A stretch of 64,000 bases of DNA from Octopus bimaculoides (GCF_001194135.2 NC_068984.1:4614666-4678665); one strand, 5' to 3'. Numbered from the stretch's first letter, positions 1 to 12,612 are shown. Notes: generated from the sequence alone by a model not told the origin. Made by a program: numbers and translations.

Positions 1-365
1 AGTACTTATTCTATCGGTCTCTTTTGCCAAACCGCTACGTTACAGGGACACAAACACACCAACATCAGTTGTCAAACACAGACACACACACACAGAGTTA
101 TACAACGGGCTTTTTTCAGTTTCCGTCTACCAAATCCACTCACAAGGTTTTGTTCGGACCGAGGCTATAGTAGAAGACACTTGCCCAAAGTGCCACACAG
201 TGGGACTGAACCCAGAACCATGTCGTTAATAAGCAAGCTACTTACCACTAGTCATCACTCCTTCTCTACCAAGCCACTTATTAATGACAGCCATCACTCA
301 CTCTTACCATTGTTCACTTGTACCTCTGTTACAAACTACCACTTGGCTTCTATCACACAAATATA

Positions 366-1252
366 CAAGGTGTTTCAAAAGATTTGATATCATTTGAGAT
401 GTAAATATCACAGAAACTACAGAGTCAAAGCAAATGAAACTAAACAAGCTTAATGTTGAGCAGCATAAGATTTATTCCTCCAAATTTGAATGAAAAATTC
501 AAAAGTATGTGGATCCCATGAACAATTTCACAAATGTTCAATATGCACACAGCCTGAGAAACAGCACATGTCAAGTTGGTAGTCTAGCTGCTCCCATATA
601 CGCTGCAGCATGTCTTGGGTAACAGTCTCCAGTGCGGTAGTGATTCTCTGCTCGAGTTCCTCTAGGTTTGCAGGAAGAAGGGGGACATAGACCAGGCCCT
701 TCACATAACCCCCTTGTTTGCGCTTTCGCTTGTCATCTGCTGTTATGACCTGAGCAAGCTGCAGCTTGTAGGGTTTCGTTAGCAAGCGTTTCTTCAGGAC
801 GCACCAAACTGTTGTTGGAGGAATTCGTGTTTCCAGACTTGTTCTTATGGACTTTTTGAGGGGCTTCGCAAGAGTTTTTAGCAAACCCGCTTGACCATCT
901 CTTCCGATGTTAGTGTTCATCCAGATCCTTTTGTTCTGCACAGACAGCCTTCCTCTTTGAATTTTTTGTGTCATGTCCAAATCTGCATTGCCGTTGGTGA
1001 CTTTTTAGAGAACTCTCTCACAAATGCACGCTGCAGTCTACTTCGACTGTGTTCGAGCATACTCCAACACACAAAACGCCTTTTCTCTTACAGTGAATGC
1101 CATTTCTATACCTGGAAAGATAAACATATCAAACATTAAATGTAAACTTTTGACTTGTTTCTACGCATGCTGTTAAAATTTGAAGTCATTTGAACAAGAA
1201 CTGGCAAAGTTATTAAATTGCAAAATGATATCAAATTTTTTGAAACACTCTA
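366..1252 (-). mobile_element. Internally deleted Tc1/mariner DNA transposon with terminal inverted repeats
   Basis: Left TIR caaggtgtttcaaaagatttgatatcattt follows TA at 364-365. Right TIR aaatgatatcaaattttttgaaacactcta is at ~1223-1252. Transposase remnants lie between them on the minus strand. Confidence 0.88.
528..1103 (-). pseudogene. Mariner-family transposase pseudogene (stop, frameshift, catalytic region deleted)
   Basis: ATG at 1103 reads MAFTVREKAFCVLEYARTQSK* and then frameshifts. The C-terminus GYVKGLVYVPLLPANLEELEQRITTALETVTQDMLQRIWEQLDYQLDMCCFSGCVHIEHL is typical of mariner-like transposases. PYKLQL is joined almost directly to GYVK, so the DDD core is missing. Confidence 0.85.
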
Positions 1253-2307
1253 CATGGCTACTGATTGTGCTAAAAATCACTCCCCCAACATCTTAAAACG
1301 AGAAGGACACACTGATTAATGTAGCAGTGATGGCAACGAATTTTCTGATCAAACCAAAGAATCTGTTTCCATTGCTTTTTCAAATTGCTGATGCTATCAT
1401 TTGGACAGATGTGTCAATGTTTTTCTGTGACAGAACCAAAACAGATTCTGCAAGACATCCTGCCTGACACTCTTTTAATTCTGCCAATCCACCAAATCAG
1501 ACTCATACGTTTTGTTGGCAAAATAATTCCCCTCACTCAGTCAATAGGGTTTTTTTTTTTTTAATTTTCCTTATTCTGTTCTTTTGTTTAGCAAGTTACT
1601 TGGCAACCTCACTAGTGCCAGTGGCATAAAAGAAAAAAGCATCCAGTACAAACTGTGAATTGGTTGAAATTAGGAAGGTATCCAGCCTTAGGAACCATGC
1701 CAAAGCTGACACTGGAGCTTGCCAGATTCTGTCAAATTATCCAACCCTTGCCAATATGGAAAACGGATGCTAAATGATGAAAGGATGGACAAGGTTGACC
1801 TTGGCAGGATTTGAACTCAGAGTGTAAAGATTTGGAACTAATACTACAAGACATTCTTTCCAGCATTCTAACAACTCTAACAGTTTATATATGAAGGACA
1901 GGGTGGTCACAGATGGAATGTATATGACCATAGGCCTTTTTGACTTGGACTAGATAGCAACAACTACTTTGGATTTCATGCTTTATTATAGAATTGTTTT
2001 TGTGGTTAGTTTTCCCTGTGATGGAACAGGGGACAACTGATGAAGGGAATGTTCTTTATGTTGCCTGTCTCATTTCTCTATTTAGCTTAGACCTTCTTTG
2101 TGGGGGCAACCAGATCGAACCATCTCCGAAATGGCCGTGACTTCTGGGACTTGACTGAGGAAAGAAAGCCAAGAATGACCCATCTTTTTTTGGCCTGCCC
2201 TTCTAATTGTTGTTTCTCTTGTCCGCCTTTGTATCATCTACCTGTCCGGATGTTTTAATGTCCTCTATTGTGTTTTTATTCCATTTATATATATATATAT
2301 ATATATA

Positions 2308-2350
<43 letters not shown>

Positions 2351-2555
2351 TGTAGCCCTTGCTATATAGGGGTAGTCGCAGAGTGGTTGACTTTTAACTT
2401 GATTTTGTTATCAATTGTTTCTGTTTGTAGAGGTTTTGAATTTGACAAGACGCTTGTTTTCTACATGATAATTGTTTAGAAAACATTGTAATCAATATCT
2501 TTGTGAAAGATTGATGTCTTTAAGATTTGCTTTTTTTCTTCTCTTCTCCATCCAG

Positions 2556-2638
2556 ATTTGTCTTGTCGATCACGACTGGCCACTCTCAATGAGAAGTTGA
2601 CTCAACTAGAAAGAAAAGTTGAGTACATTGAAGCTAGG
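2556..2638 (+). CDS. BRK1: BRICK1/HSPC300 (WAVE regulatory complex subunit), internal coding exon (exon 2); exon 1 lies upstream of the window
   Basis: Acceptor ttctcttctccatccag| and donor |gtaagt flank an 83-nt exon. It encodes (D)[27 protein letters not shown], nearly identical to animal BRK1 [28 protein letters not shown]. Confidence 0.97.
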
Positions 2639-2699
2639 GTAAGTTTAAATCTACATGCAAGGTCATGAAGTGATATTACCAATTTGTTATATAAAGACG

Positions 2700-3955
2700 T
2701 GTGTGGATGTCTGTTGCAAGTGAGAATGTTGAAGTTAGAAAATTACTATTTGTAAATCTCACAACGAGAGATATTCAGCAACAGTACTTTGTAGTAAAGA
2801 TTGTTTGCCAACATAAGATGGCAGTCCTAGTTTAGGACGAATGTTGCTGTAATTTAGCCCAGGAGACATCGTCCCCAGCTGGCTATACAACACGATCTGT
2901 GTCCTTATATTTTCAAACAAGGGAATCTAGCACCCCTACTCAGCTCAAAACAATATCTGTGTATTGCGTTTTCCGGGTTATTTCCCTTCATCGGCATAGA
3001 ATAATTGTTCGGCTAGAGGTGGCGCTGCCAAATTCCTGTTCAAAATATATAGTTTTCAAAGTGATAACTAGAGTCACTGATCTATAAATTAGAAAATTAC
3101 TATTTATAAATCTCACAACAAGAGATATTCAGCAACTGTACTTTGTAGTAAAGATTATTTGCTAACAAAACATGGCAGTCCTGGTTTAGGATGAATGCTG
3201 CTGTAATTTAGCCCCAGGAGATATCATCTCCAGCTGGCTATATGAAAATATTAGGACGCAGATTATGTTGTATAGCCAGCTGGATATGATGTCTCCTGGG
3301 GCCAAATTACAGCAACATTCGTCCTAAACCAGGACTGCCATGTTATGTTGGCAAACAATCTTTACTCCAATGTTGAAGTTGTTGATCGCTTCACTTATCC
3401 TCACAGTGAAATTCATAGCAGTGTTGGCTTCATGGGATGTTTGGTGCTGCCAATATCTGTGGAAGAGGACAAAAGTGTGAGTCTTTAGGTCTCTGGTCCT
3501 CCCTGTCCTGCTCTATAGTTTAATGAGACTTGGACACTGTCCGAGATCCCTTAGGAGCCACTTGAATTCCTTTGGTACAAGGATGCTTTGCAGGATTATG
3601 GGTTACCATTGGTCAGATTTCATTTCCAACCAATGATTCTTCTAAGAAACTGAGATGCATCCTACTTCTTGCATGACTGGGGAGCACTAGCTCTGACTGT
3701 TTAGCTATATTGCTCAATTTTCCAAGTTAGGCTCTGCTTACCATGTTCTCTTCCCTGAGGATCTGGCTGAGTCAACGACTTGCGTTGGTCATGGCAGATG
3801 AGGAGGTATCTTGAGATATCTTGCAGAGACAGGGACGACTGACTGGGACTCTGCTTGATGGGTCACCTGGGAGGACCTGGAAATATACTGACAAATGGTG
3901 AATGCAGTAATGGGCTGCTATGGTGCATACCTCAACACCTGACCTCACCTGATGT
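2700..3955 (+). mobile_element. Degraded RTE-clade LINE 3' fragment (RT C-terminal region), interrupted by the insertion at 2737-3368
   Basis: Fragments translate as ENVEV|VDRFTY, VFRSLVLPVLLY..ETWTL and MLCRIMGYHWSDFISNQ, which are RTE-type motifs with stops and frameshifts. The fragment ends in a short cacctga repeat tail. Confidence 0.8.
2737..3368 (-). mobile_element. Non-autonomous Penelope-like element (direct plus inverted pseudo-LTR units) with hammerhead motif and 12-bp TSD
   Basis: The TSD aatgttgaagtt occurs at 2725-2736 and 3369-3380. A 354-bp unit (2737-3090) is followed by a partial direct copy (3091-~3242) and an inverted copy (~3267-3366). A hammerhead motif lies at 2956-3000. 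The same family occurs at 29709-30131. The Penelope assignment is inferred from architecture; no ORF is present. Confidence 0.7.
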
Positions 3956-4870
3956 CTGTGTGTATGAATTGTGTCTGTATATGTGCATGGATATGCGTTT
4001 TGAGTTCCTTTGTCTTAACATTGAGCAACAGCTGTAAATGAGAGTCTCCATCATACGAGTGGTGTCGATCGTTTTGTAGAAACATGTCCAATCCCTTGTG
4101 CTGTTCAGGTTTGAAGAACTTGCGGGAGAATATTACCTTGCTTGGAAACAGATGAAGGGTGATGACAGGAAAGACATCAGGCTGTAAAAATCTGCCTCAA
4201 CAAATTCTATCTGACCCATGCAAGCTAGCAAAAGTACTCACTAAAATGCTAACAATGACTCTTAGATGCCGAGGATTTAAGAAAATATGAAAGCAATGAA
4301 GAGAACATGTTTCACTGGATGTGTGTGAAGTAAAAATGATTGTGGGGTGCTCTAAGTGATTGAAGAAAAACTCTGGGAAGACATGTGATGAGGCATTGAA
4401 GACTGATCTCATGATGCTGAACTTCACAGAAAAGATGATGGTAGCTGAGATGCTTTCACAGAAACCATCTCTGCCTTCCCAGTCCCCTCCTCTGCTCCTA
4501 CAGTTCATTGATTAACCTTCTTTTCACAGCTTCTCTCTCCTCAACACTCCTCTTTCCCTCTCATCACATGCCCCACCATCAACTACCTTGGAATCCAATG
4601 AGTTGGAGGAGCGAGTCATTCCAGTACCTACTTCAGCATGGTGGTTTCTACAGCTGGATACCTTTCCTAACACCAACCCATTTTCAAAGTGAAGTGGGTG
4701 TCACTTTTGTGCTACCGGCGCTAGTGAAGATTGCCTCATAACTTGCAAGACTAAAATCTCTAAAGTGACTTCCATAGGGTGATGGAGAAGCAAATTAAAT
4801 GAAACAGATTTATAGTTGTGAGAGAATGGTGGTAGGAGAGGAGGCTAGTAGTAGTAGTTGGGAAGTGTGA

Positions 4871-5165
4871 AGACACGTGGCTTAGTGGTTAGTATATTTG
4901 GATCATAGTCATAAGTTCATAGGTTCAATTCCTGGCAGCATGTTATGGCCTTGAGCAAGAGACTTTATTTCCTGTTGCTCTAGTTTACTCACCTGGCAAA
5001 AATGAGGAGTACTTGTATATGAAAGGACCAACCTTGTCACATTCTGTCTGTCACTGAAATGCATGTTTGTGGAACGCTCAGCCACTTGCATGTTAATTTC
5101 ACGAGCTGGCTGTTCTATTGATCGGATCAACTGGAACACTCATCATTGTAACTAATGGAGCACCA
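4871..5165 (+). mobile_element. tRNA-derived SINE (head related to family D, different tail)
   Basis: A-box-like tggcttagtgg and B-box-like ggttcaattcc are followed by the ccttgagcaagagactttattt central box shared with the copies at 6113-6458 and 35439-35808. Confidence 0.65.
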
Positions 5166-5787
5166 TTTGATGGGGGAGGGGTATAGCAAGGAACAGGAGA
5201 AAGGGAAGGGATTAGTGAGAGGGATTATTGAGAGGGATTATTGAGAAAAGTGGATGGGATGGGTTGTGTGGGAAGGAGTCTAGAGCTATCTTCTAGGAGA
5301 CATGGAAGGGAGCAGTAGATTAGGGTGGAGAGAAATCCTGAGTGAATTAGTGAAGGAAAGCATTGGGGGGGGGGCGCAGATGAAGAAGAGTGTTGAGGAG
5401 GCAGGGGTGTAGGTGGGAGAAATCAAATTAATTGAATTTTAGATTGAAATATTGACAATATTTTCATCTCCAAAGAAGAAATTATTAAATTAAAAAATTA
5501 TAATCTTAGAAAATGTATTTATTGAAATGATATTTTGTGAAAATTTGTGATTTTCACTTTCATTATCTATATTTGATGAAAGTTGTTTGGGCAGAGATAG
5601 GCACAGGTGGGGGAAGGGTCTGGTTAAGAAGCTTGCTTTCCAATAATGTGGGTTTGGGTTAAGTGCCACTGTATGGCACGATGACCCCAGGCTGGCCAAA
5701 GGCTTGTGAGGGCATTTGGTTGATGGAAACTGAAAGAAGCCCGTCATATACGTAGATATGGAATTGACATGTGTCCATATGTATGTA

Positions 5788-5978
5788 TAATTGAAAAGAT
5801 TGGAGTCAACAAGGAGTACAGTTGGACATTTATTTTTTTAATCCCTACAATTGTTTCCACACAACTTAGTCCTCCAGGTGTGCAGGTACCTGATTATGCA
5901 ACTGTTGCTCTGCAGGTTAACAGTTGCATAATTAAATAATAAATGTCCAACCGTCCTCCTCCTTGTTGACTCCAGTCT
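5788..5978. repeat. Fold-back element with ~50-bp inverted arms enclosing a degenerate hammerhead-like motif and an inner hairpin
   Basis: aattgaaaagattggagtcaacaaggag..gttggacatttatt pairs with aataaatgtccaac..ctccttgttgactccagtctttttaatt. The inner hairpin is attatgcaactgtt/aacagttgcataat. Confidence 0.7.
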
Positions 5979-6112
5979 TTTTAATTATCAATTCACACAC
6001 GACAGATGCCCAAACGGAAACCTGGAATTCCGTATAATCCTACTACTGGTTAGCACAGGGTAAACCTGAAGGTGGACGAGCTTTATACTGTACTCTACTA
6101 CGTTCTTAACAG

Positions 6113-6458
6113 AATTGGAGACCCCGCCTTCAGTCATGAATGACCATGGGGATTGCACATAGAAAGTTACCCTCCGAGGCACAAGTCCTGGCAAGGTTGT
6201 TTATGGAAGACCAGCAGTCTCCCATGCATACCGGCCTCCCCTCTCCACGCCACCAGTGTTATCCAAGGGAAAGGCAAAAGGACCAATACAGCTCGGCACC
6301 AGTAATGTCGCAACTCATTTCTACAGCTGAGTGAACTGGAGCAACGCGAAATAAAGTGTCTTGCTCAAGAACACAACACACAGCCCGGTCCGGGATTCGA
6401 ATTCACAACTTCATGGTCATAAGTTCGACACTCTAACCACTGAGCCATGCGCCTTCAC
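6113..6458 (-). mobile_element. tRNA-derived SINE, family D
   Basis: The minus strand reads gtgaaggcgcatggctcagtggttagagtg (A box) ... gaattcgaatccc (B box), then ttcttgagcaagacactttatttc. A second long copy lies on + at 35439-35808. Confidence 0.8.
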
Positions 6459-7238
6459 TTTAACAGAATATACCATAACTATATATGTGTGTGTGTGTGT
6501 GTACATACATACATGTATGTGTGTGTGTGTTTGTTTACACATGCCTCTGTCTTGACATCATATAATGGTTTTGCCATGAAAAATATGTTCATTCATGGGG
6601 AAATATTATGTTGCTTGGAAACAGCTGAGAGTTAGTGACAGGAAAGGCATTCAGCTGTAAAAGAATTTGTCTCAACAAATTCCATCCATGCCAGGCAAGC
6701 ATGAAAAAGTAGACATTAAGACAATGGTGATCATGATGATGATCTTTTGAGCTTTGGTTTTGGAGGTTTGCTATAAACCTGCTTAGTACACTTCCAACCA
6801 ACTTAAAATTAATATTTGGACAAATCATCTCTAATTACATTTTGGTCTTAATGAAGCTTTTATCTATAATGTTTATTTTTTTTTAAATGTCTAAAACAAA
6901 ATACATGCTGTAGAAAAACATTTTTATACACATTCTTTTAAAAAAGGCGTGGCTGTATGGTAAAAGGTTTGCTTCCCAACCTCATGGTTCCAGGTTCAGT
7001 CCTGTTGCATGGCACCTTGGGCAAGTGTCTTCTACTATAACCTGATCAAAGCTTTGCGAGTGGATTTGGTAGATGGAAACTAAAAGAAGCCCATCATGTG
7101 CATGTGTGTGTGTTGGTGTGTTTACATCCCCATAACTTAGTGGTTGAGCAAAAGAGACCAACAGAATACACATCAGGCTTTAAAAGGAATAAGTATTGGG
7201 GTTGATCCATTTGACTAAAAAAAAGATAATTGTTCATA

Positions 7239-7366
7239 GGTGCAGGAGTGACTGTGTGCGAAGTAACTTGCTTACCAACCACATGGTTCCGGGTTCTTCT
7301 ACTATAGCCTCGGACCGACCAAAGCCTTGTGAGTGGATTTGGTAGATGGAAACTGAAAGAAGCCCG

Positions 7367-7418
<52 letters not shown>

Positions 7419-7625
7419 GTTTGTGTGTCTGTGTTTGACCCCCACCATCGTTTGACAACCGATGTTGGTGTGTTTATGTCCCCGTAATGTAGCGTTTCTG
7501 TGGAAGAGACTAATAGAATAAGTACTAGGCTTACAAACAATAAGTCCTGGGGTCGATCTATTCAACTAAAGGTTGTGCTCCAGCATGGCCTCAGTCAAAT
7601 GACTGAAACAAGTAAAAGAATAAAA
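7239..7625 (+). mobile_element. tRNA-derived SINE, family A (near full length)
   Basis: Same head, internal (TA)n/(TG)n tract and gactgaaacaagtaaaaga tail as 36331-36730. Confidence 0.85.
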
Positions 7626-9101
7626 GAAAAAGGGCTGTTCCCCACCATGACAGGAGTCTAATGACCAAAGCAAGTAAAAAACAAAAGTTATACAAAATAA
7701 TTCAGGCAGAAACTTGTCAGACAATTCAATGTGCTTCTCGTAAAACTCTTTTAGTAGACTCTGCCAAATTCTTGTCTCACTTCCTTTATTGCTGCCAAGT
7801 CTTATAATCAAAGCATAAATTTCCATAGTTTGGTAATCTTGTTACTGCAACGAAAAACAAGAGAAGCTGTCACAAATCTTTCATGTAAAAAGCACTGATG
7901 CTGGTACCATGTAAAAAGCACCCCCAGAACACTCTCTGAAGTGGTTGGCATTAGGAAGGGCATCCAGCTGTAGAAACAGACAATGAAACCTGGTATGGCT
8001 CCTGGCTTTACCAGCTCCTATCAAACCGTCCAACCCATGCCAGCATGGAAAATGGATGTTAAATGAGGAAGATTCTGTTTTTATGAGTTCATTACCATAG
8101 AAATCTGCCTGCTGCAATAATGAATATTTTAAAAAGCAGTCTAAGACTTAATTCTCTCTCTTTTTCCCTCTTTCTCTTCCCTATCTCTGTCTGTCTCTTT
8201 CTTTCTCCCACCCTCCCTTTCTCCCCTCTCCCTCTCTATCTTATACATACATTTATGCATATTTCTAGAGACTCACTCCAGCTCTCTCTTTGCAATGCTA
8301 GACAGGATTATAATTTGCTTCAAAATAAATTACTTTTTTTTATCGTCCATCAAATAAAAATGACTAAAACTAATTAATAGTCACAACTCACTCATTCAAC
8401 TGCTGCTCAGTCTCCTTAATCATCTTAATCTTCATCAAAATCCTGGATATGATCTGAGTTTAGCCAATCTAAATATATCCCTTTTGTCAACCTTGATCTC
8501 AGACTTAACATGGATGTTGCATCAGGCACACAGAACACTGTGTCATTTAGTTTGGGGGGATCTTTCCTAAGGACCCCTGTGTCAATTTGGAGATCAAGAT
8601 TGTCTTTTGGTATTAATACTGCTCCTCTTGGCTTTCTCGTTTCAGTCATTGGACTGTGGCTATCCTGGAGTTTTAGTTAAATAAATCACCCCCACCAATA
8701 TTTTTTTTTTAAGTCTGGTATTTATTCTATCAATCACTTTTACCAAAATGTTAAGTTACGGGAATGTAAACAAACCAACACTAGTTGTCAAGCAGTGTGA
8801 GGAACAAACACACACACAAAGATAGATACATGATGGGCTTCCACACAGTTTCCACCTACCAAATTCACTCACTTGGCAGCTTCGGAGAGAGCCTTTGCAT
8901 GCTTGGTCAGTCATCTAGAAATCAATCAAATATCACCCTACTATCTTAGAAAGGGAAGGGCATATTGCATAATGCTGTCCTACACAAAATCCCCCCCCCC
9001 CAAAAAAAAAGAATACATTAAAACAAGCAAAAAACATTCATTACAAGTGGAGCATTTTTGATCCTAGGATTGTTTGATCAGGTCTGACCCCCCCCCCCCA
9101 A

Positions 9102-9171
9102 NNNNNNNNNNNNNNNNNNNNNNNNNNNNNNNNNNNNNNNNNNNNNNNNNNNNNNNNNNNNNNNNNNNNNN
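9102..9171. other. Assembly gap (N run) in BRK1 intron
   Basis: Run of n. Confidence 1.
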
Positions 9172-12100
9172 GGCTAAATAACAACTGTGATCATTCTGAA
9201 GTAGGATTGGAGTTAGTTTTTGTTAGTGACAAACTGGAGCAGATAGAGTTATCTACCTTGCTCATGTGTCCAACATGAAGAGGTTCTTGTAACAACTACC
9301 AGCTTCACTTCTCTGCCATTGTGCCTCCTACTGTGGGTGGAGAAAAATTCAAATAGCCTTCATTGAAATATAAATTCCAAGCATATTTGTCAAAGATTGT
9401 TTTGCCAACAGCAAATTTGAAGTGTAAGTTAAGTGCAACTGCACTTAATGTGGATGAAGGAATCTTTCTAAAATGTTATCTAACTGGTTACCAATTCTAT
9501 TGAAATTAAAACCTGAAATGTGTGAAATATAATTCTATCATTACATATTATATGAAGATATACTATTACACACACACACACACTCTTGTAACTTGCTTAA
9601 TTGCACATAATCCTTCTTTCTCTCTCTCTCTCCTCCCTCCTGTCTATTGCATCATCATTCCTATTCTACTGCTCCTCACCTTCCATGCATCATTGGTTAC
9701 CCCCACCCCTTACCTGACCTTCACTACATCTACCCTTTAACCCCAGTCTCTACAGTTGTCACCTACTCTTCCCTACATCCCCCTCTTATCCCTTAACACT
9801 TGTTCTTCAGTTTTTATATTTACCCCTCTCCCTCATTCTCCATCTCTCATTCTACCCACCCACATCCCCAATTCTTCTGTCCCCTCTCACTTCTGGTCTC
9901 CTTGTACCTTGAACATCCACCTAAACACCTCATCACCACTATTTTTATCCCTCTTCAGCTTCACCCCAAAACTCTCTTCTAAAATGGAATTACCCATATA
10001 GCTATGTTCTGCATTGGCCCCCTTTGCTCATATTGTAAGCCCTCATCTCCTAGCATGAAACTCATCTCTGTTGGGGTTTAGAGTCTTATAAGCTGCATGA
10101 AGAACACACCCAGTCCACACTCTGTAAAGTGGTTGGTGTTAAGAAGGGCCATCCAGCCATAGAAACCATGCCAAAGCAGACCCTGGAGCACGATGCAGTC
10201 CCTGGACATGTTGAGTCTTGTGAAAATGTTCAACCCATGCCAGTGGCACAAGGGCTAGTCCGGCAGTATGTGGCCGTTGCCAGTACCTCTGGACTGGCCC
10301 TCGTGTCGGTGGCACATAAAAGCACCCACTACACTCTTGGAGTGGAAGGGCATCCAGCTGTAGAAACTCTGCCAGATCAGATTGGAGCCTGGTGTAGCCA
10401 TCTGGTTCGCCAGTCCTCAGTCAAATCGTCCAACCCATGCTAGCATGGAAAACGGACGTTAAATGATGATGATGATGATGATATTAGTCTGTATGGAAAA
10501 GCAAGCATAAGTTTGGTAATATTGATAATAGTTTAATATTTTCTAATCTTTAACACCTGTTTCATGCCAGAACCATGTAATGTGTCACTCTTAGCTACTT
10601 TTAACAACAAAACCTCTACATTTATTTCCCCCTTCCCCCTCCCCACACCACCACCTCAGTTTTTTACCTTTTTTTTTTTACTATTCTCAAGAAGAGAATG
10701 TAGAACATTTTGGGTTCTATTCAATTTCTTCTCCCGTATCAATAACTCTGAGAGATCTTTGATTTTCTTCAAAGTTACTATTTACTTCTGCCTGCTGGTT
10801 ATAACTATTGATTTTTTTTAACACTCTATGATAGGAGAAATGGTAATTCTGTTTGATTTCTCCATCATTTTAAATCAATTTTAAACTCGATATGTCACTT
10901 TGGTTAGGTGTATATCAATTTTTTTCATGTTTAAAACGAGATGTGCAAATTCAGAAATTATTTACACGTCCAAGTTAAAACTTCTCTTAATAAAGGGTTG
11001 TGTTCTCAAGCAATTTATCAATAATTAGTAACCTCAAAACTATGCTGTTTCCCATGGATTGCATTGTTCAACAAGGAACTGGGAAAGTAGAGGACCGCAC
11101 CAAGTTGCAATGCCTGTCTTAGCATGGTTCCCACGGCTGGATGTCCTTCCTATGCCAATCACTTTACAGCGCATACTGGGTGCATTTTTCATGGCACAAG
11201 TAAGGTCACTAAGTAACTTGCAAGATAAGACCCTTCCTCCATTGAGTGGTGGGTGGAGGCTTAAGGAAGGGGTCTTTATGCCAGGTGATGAGAGATTGAA
11301 GTGTGACAGAGGGACAGGAACAGGTGTTTTGCTGCAGAAGGGATACATGGCTACCCTTTTTTAATTTCTTGTTTATCCTTTTTGATTTTGTTGTGCTTGA
11401 AAAGACCCATCAAGCCAATTAAAATTGCAGTCATGGCAGATATCAGTGTCACGCAAATGGCACCAATGCCAGTGGCACATAAAAGCACCCATTACACTCT
11501 AAGAGTGGTTGGTGTTAGGAAGGGCATCCAGCCATAGAAAACCATGCAAATCAGACTGGAGTGTGGTGCAGCCTTCCAGCTTACCAGCCCTGGTCAAACC
11601 ATCCAACCCATGCCAGCATGGACAACGGACACTAAATGATGATGATGATGATGAATGTCTCAATTTATGAGTGACTGAGTACTCCACAGACACACATACC
11701 CTGTATCATACTGATTCTCATTTAGAATTAGTGTGATACATTCTGACAAGACCAGGCTTTTGAATTACAAGCGCAACCTATTAGACAGGCTTCCACACTT
11801 TGGGATTGAGCCAAGAGCCCTAGGACCATAAAGCAAGCATTGTATCAAATGGCCATACTTGCAATATGCATGTGTCTTCAAGAAGACACCTGCTTCTCTG
11901 TCGCCATCATAATTGCCTTCTCCTCCAGTTTATTCCTCACTCAGTTGAAGAGGTTTATCTTGTGGGTACTTGGCAACCTCTCAGCTGCTGGTACCACGTA
12001 AAAAGCACCCAGGTGGTTGTTTTTTTTGGTTTTTTTTGGTCAGTTATTTTTAGCGTTTTGACAGAAAAAAGTCATTCTAAAATTCTTTTTTAACATAAGT

Positions 12101-12187
12101 GTGCCCAAACAAGTTGAATGCTTACACAGAACAAGTTTTACAGCCACATCATCCAAACCAACTAGGTGAAACCGGGCTTAGCTGCTA

Positions 12188-12231
<44 letters not shown>

Positions 12232-12585
12232 AAGGCATAAATAATGGTCTTAATACATTTATTTGTGCATTATAGACATACAACTGTTTCTGATATGCTT
12301 TCTGAGTGCATTCATGGTTCAATTTCCACAATCAATCAATTGAAAATATAGAGAATCTCATTAAAATGCTATCATTGTCAGAGTTCAACACACCGTGTAT
12401 GTATGTATGTATGTATGTATGCATGTATGCATGTATGTATGCATGTATGCATGTATGTATGTATGTATTTATGTCCAACCCATGCCAGCAGTTCAACTCC
12501 TGCTAGCATGGAAAATGGACATTCGATGATGATGATGATGATGATGATGATGACATATTATACATGTATTTTCTTTCTGTTTCAG

Positions 12586-12612
12586 ATAACGAAAGTTGAA
12601 ACGTTATCCTAG
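12586..12612 (+). CDS. BRK1: BRK1 terminal coding exon (ITKVETLS*)
   Basis: Acceptor ttttctttctgtttcag| joins in phase 0 to the previous exon. The sequence ata acg aaa gtt gaa acg tta tcc tag matches the BRK1 C-terminus VTKGETLT*. The intron 2639-12585 is 9947 nt. Confidence 0.92.
   Translation: MTKVETLS

Noticed and set aside
6380-6458. tRNA gene (also the other A/B-box heads, e.g. 35439-35510, 36331-36400, 48540-48597)
   Set aside because: These heads have no complete cloverleaf and run directly into multi-copy SINE bodies.
9257-9330. Possible 74-nt minus-strand exon (ttctccacccacag|...aag|gtagat)
   Set aside because: The donor is mediocre, the peptide is unrecognisable and no partner exon could be linked.
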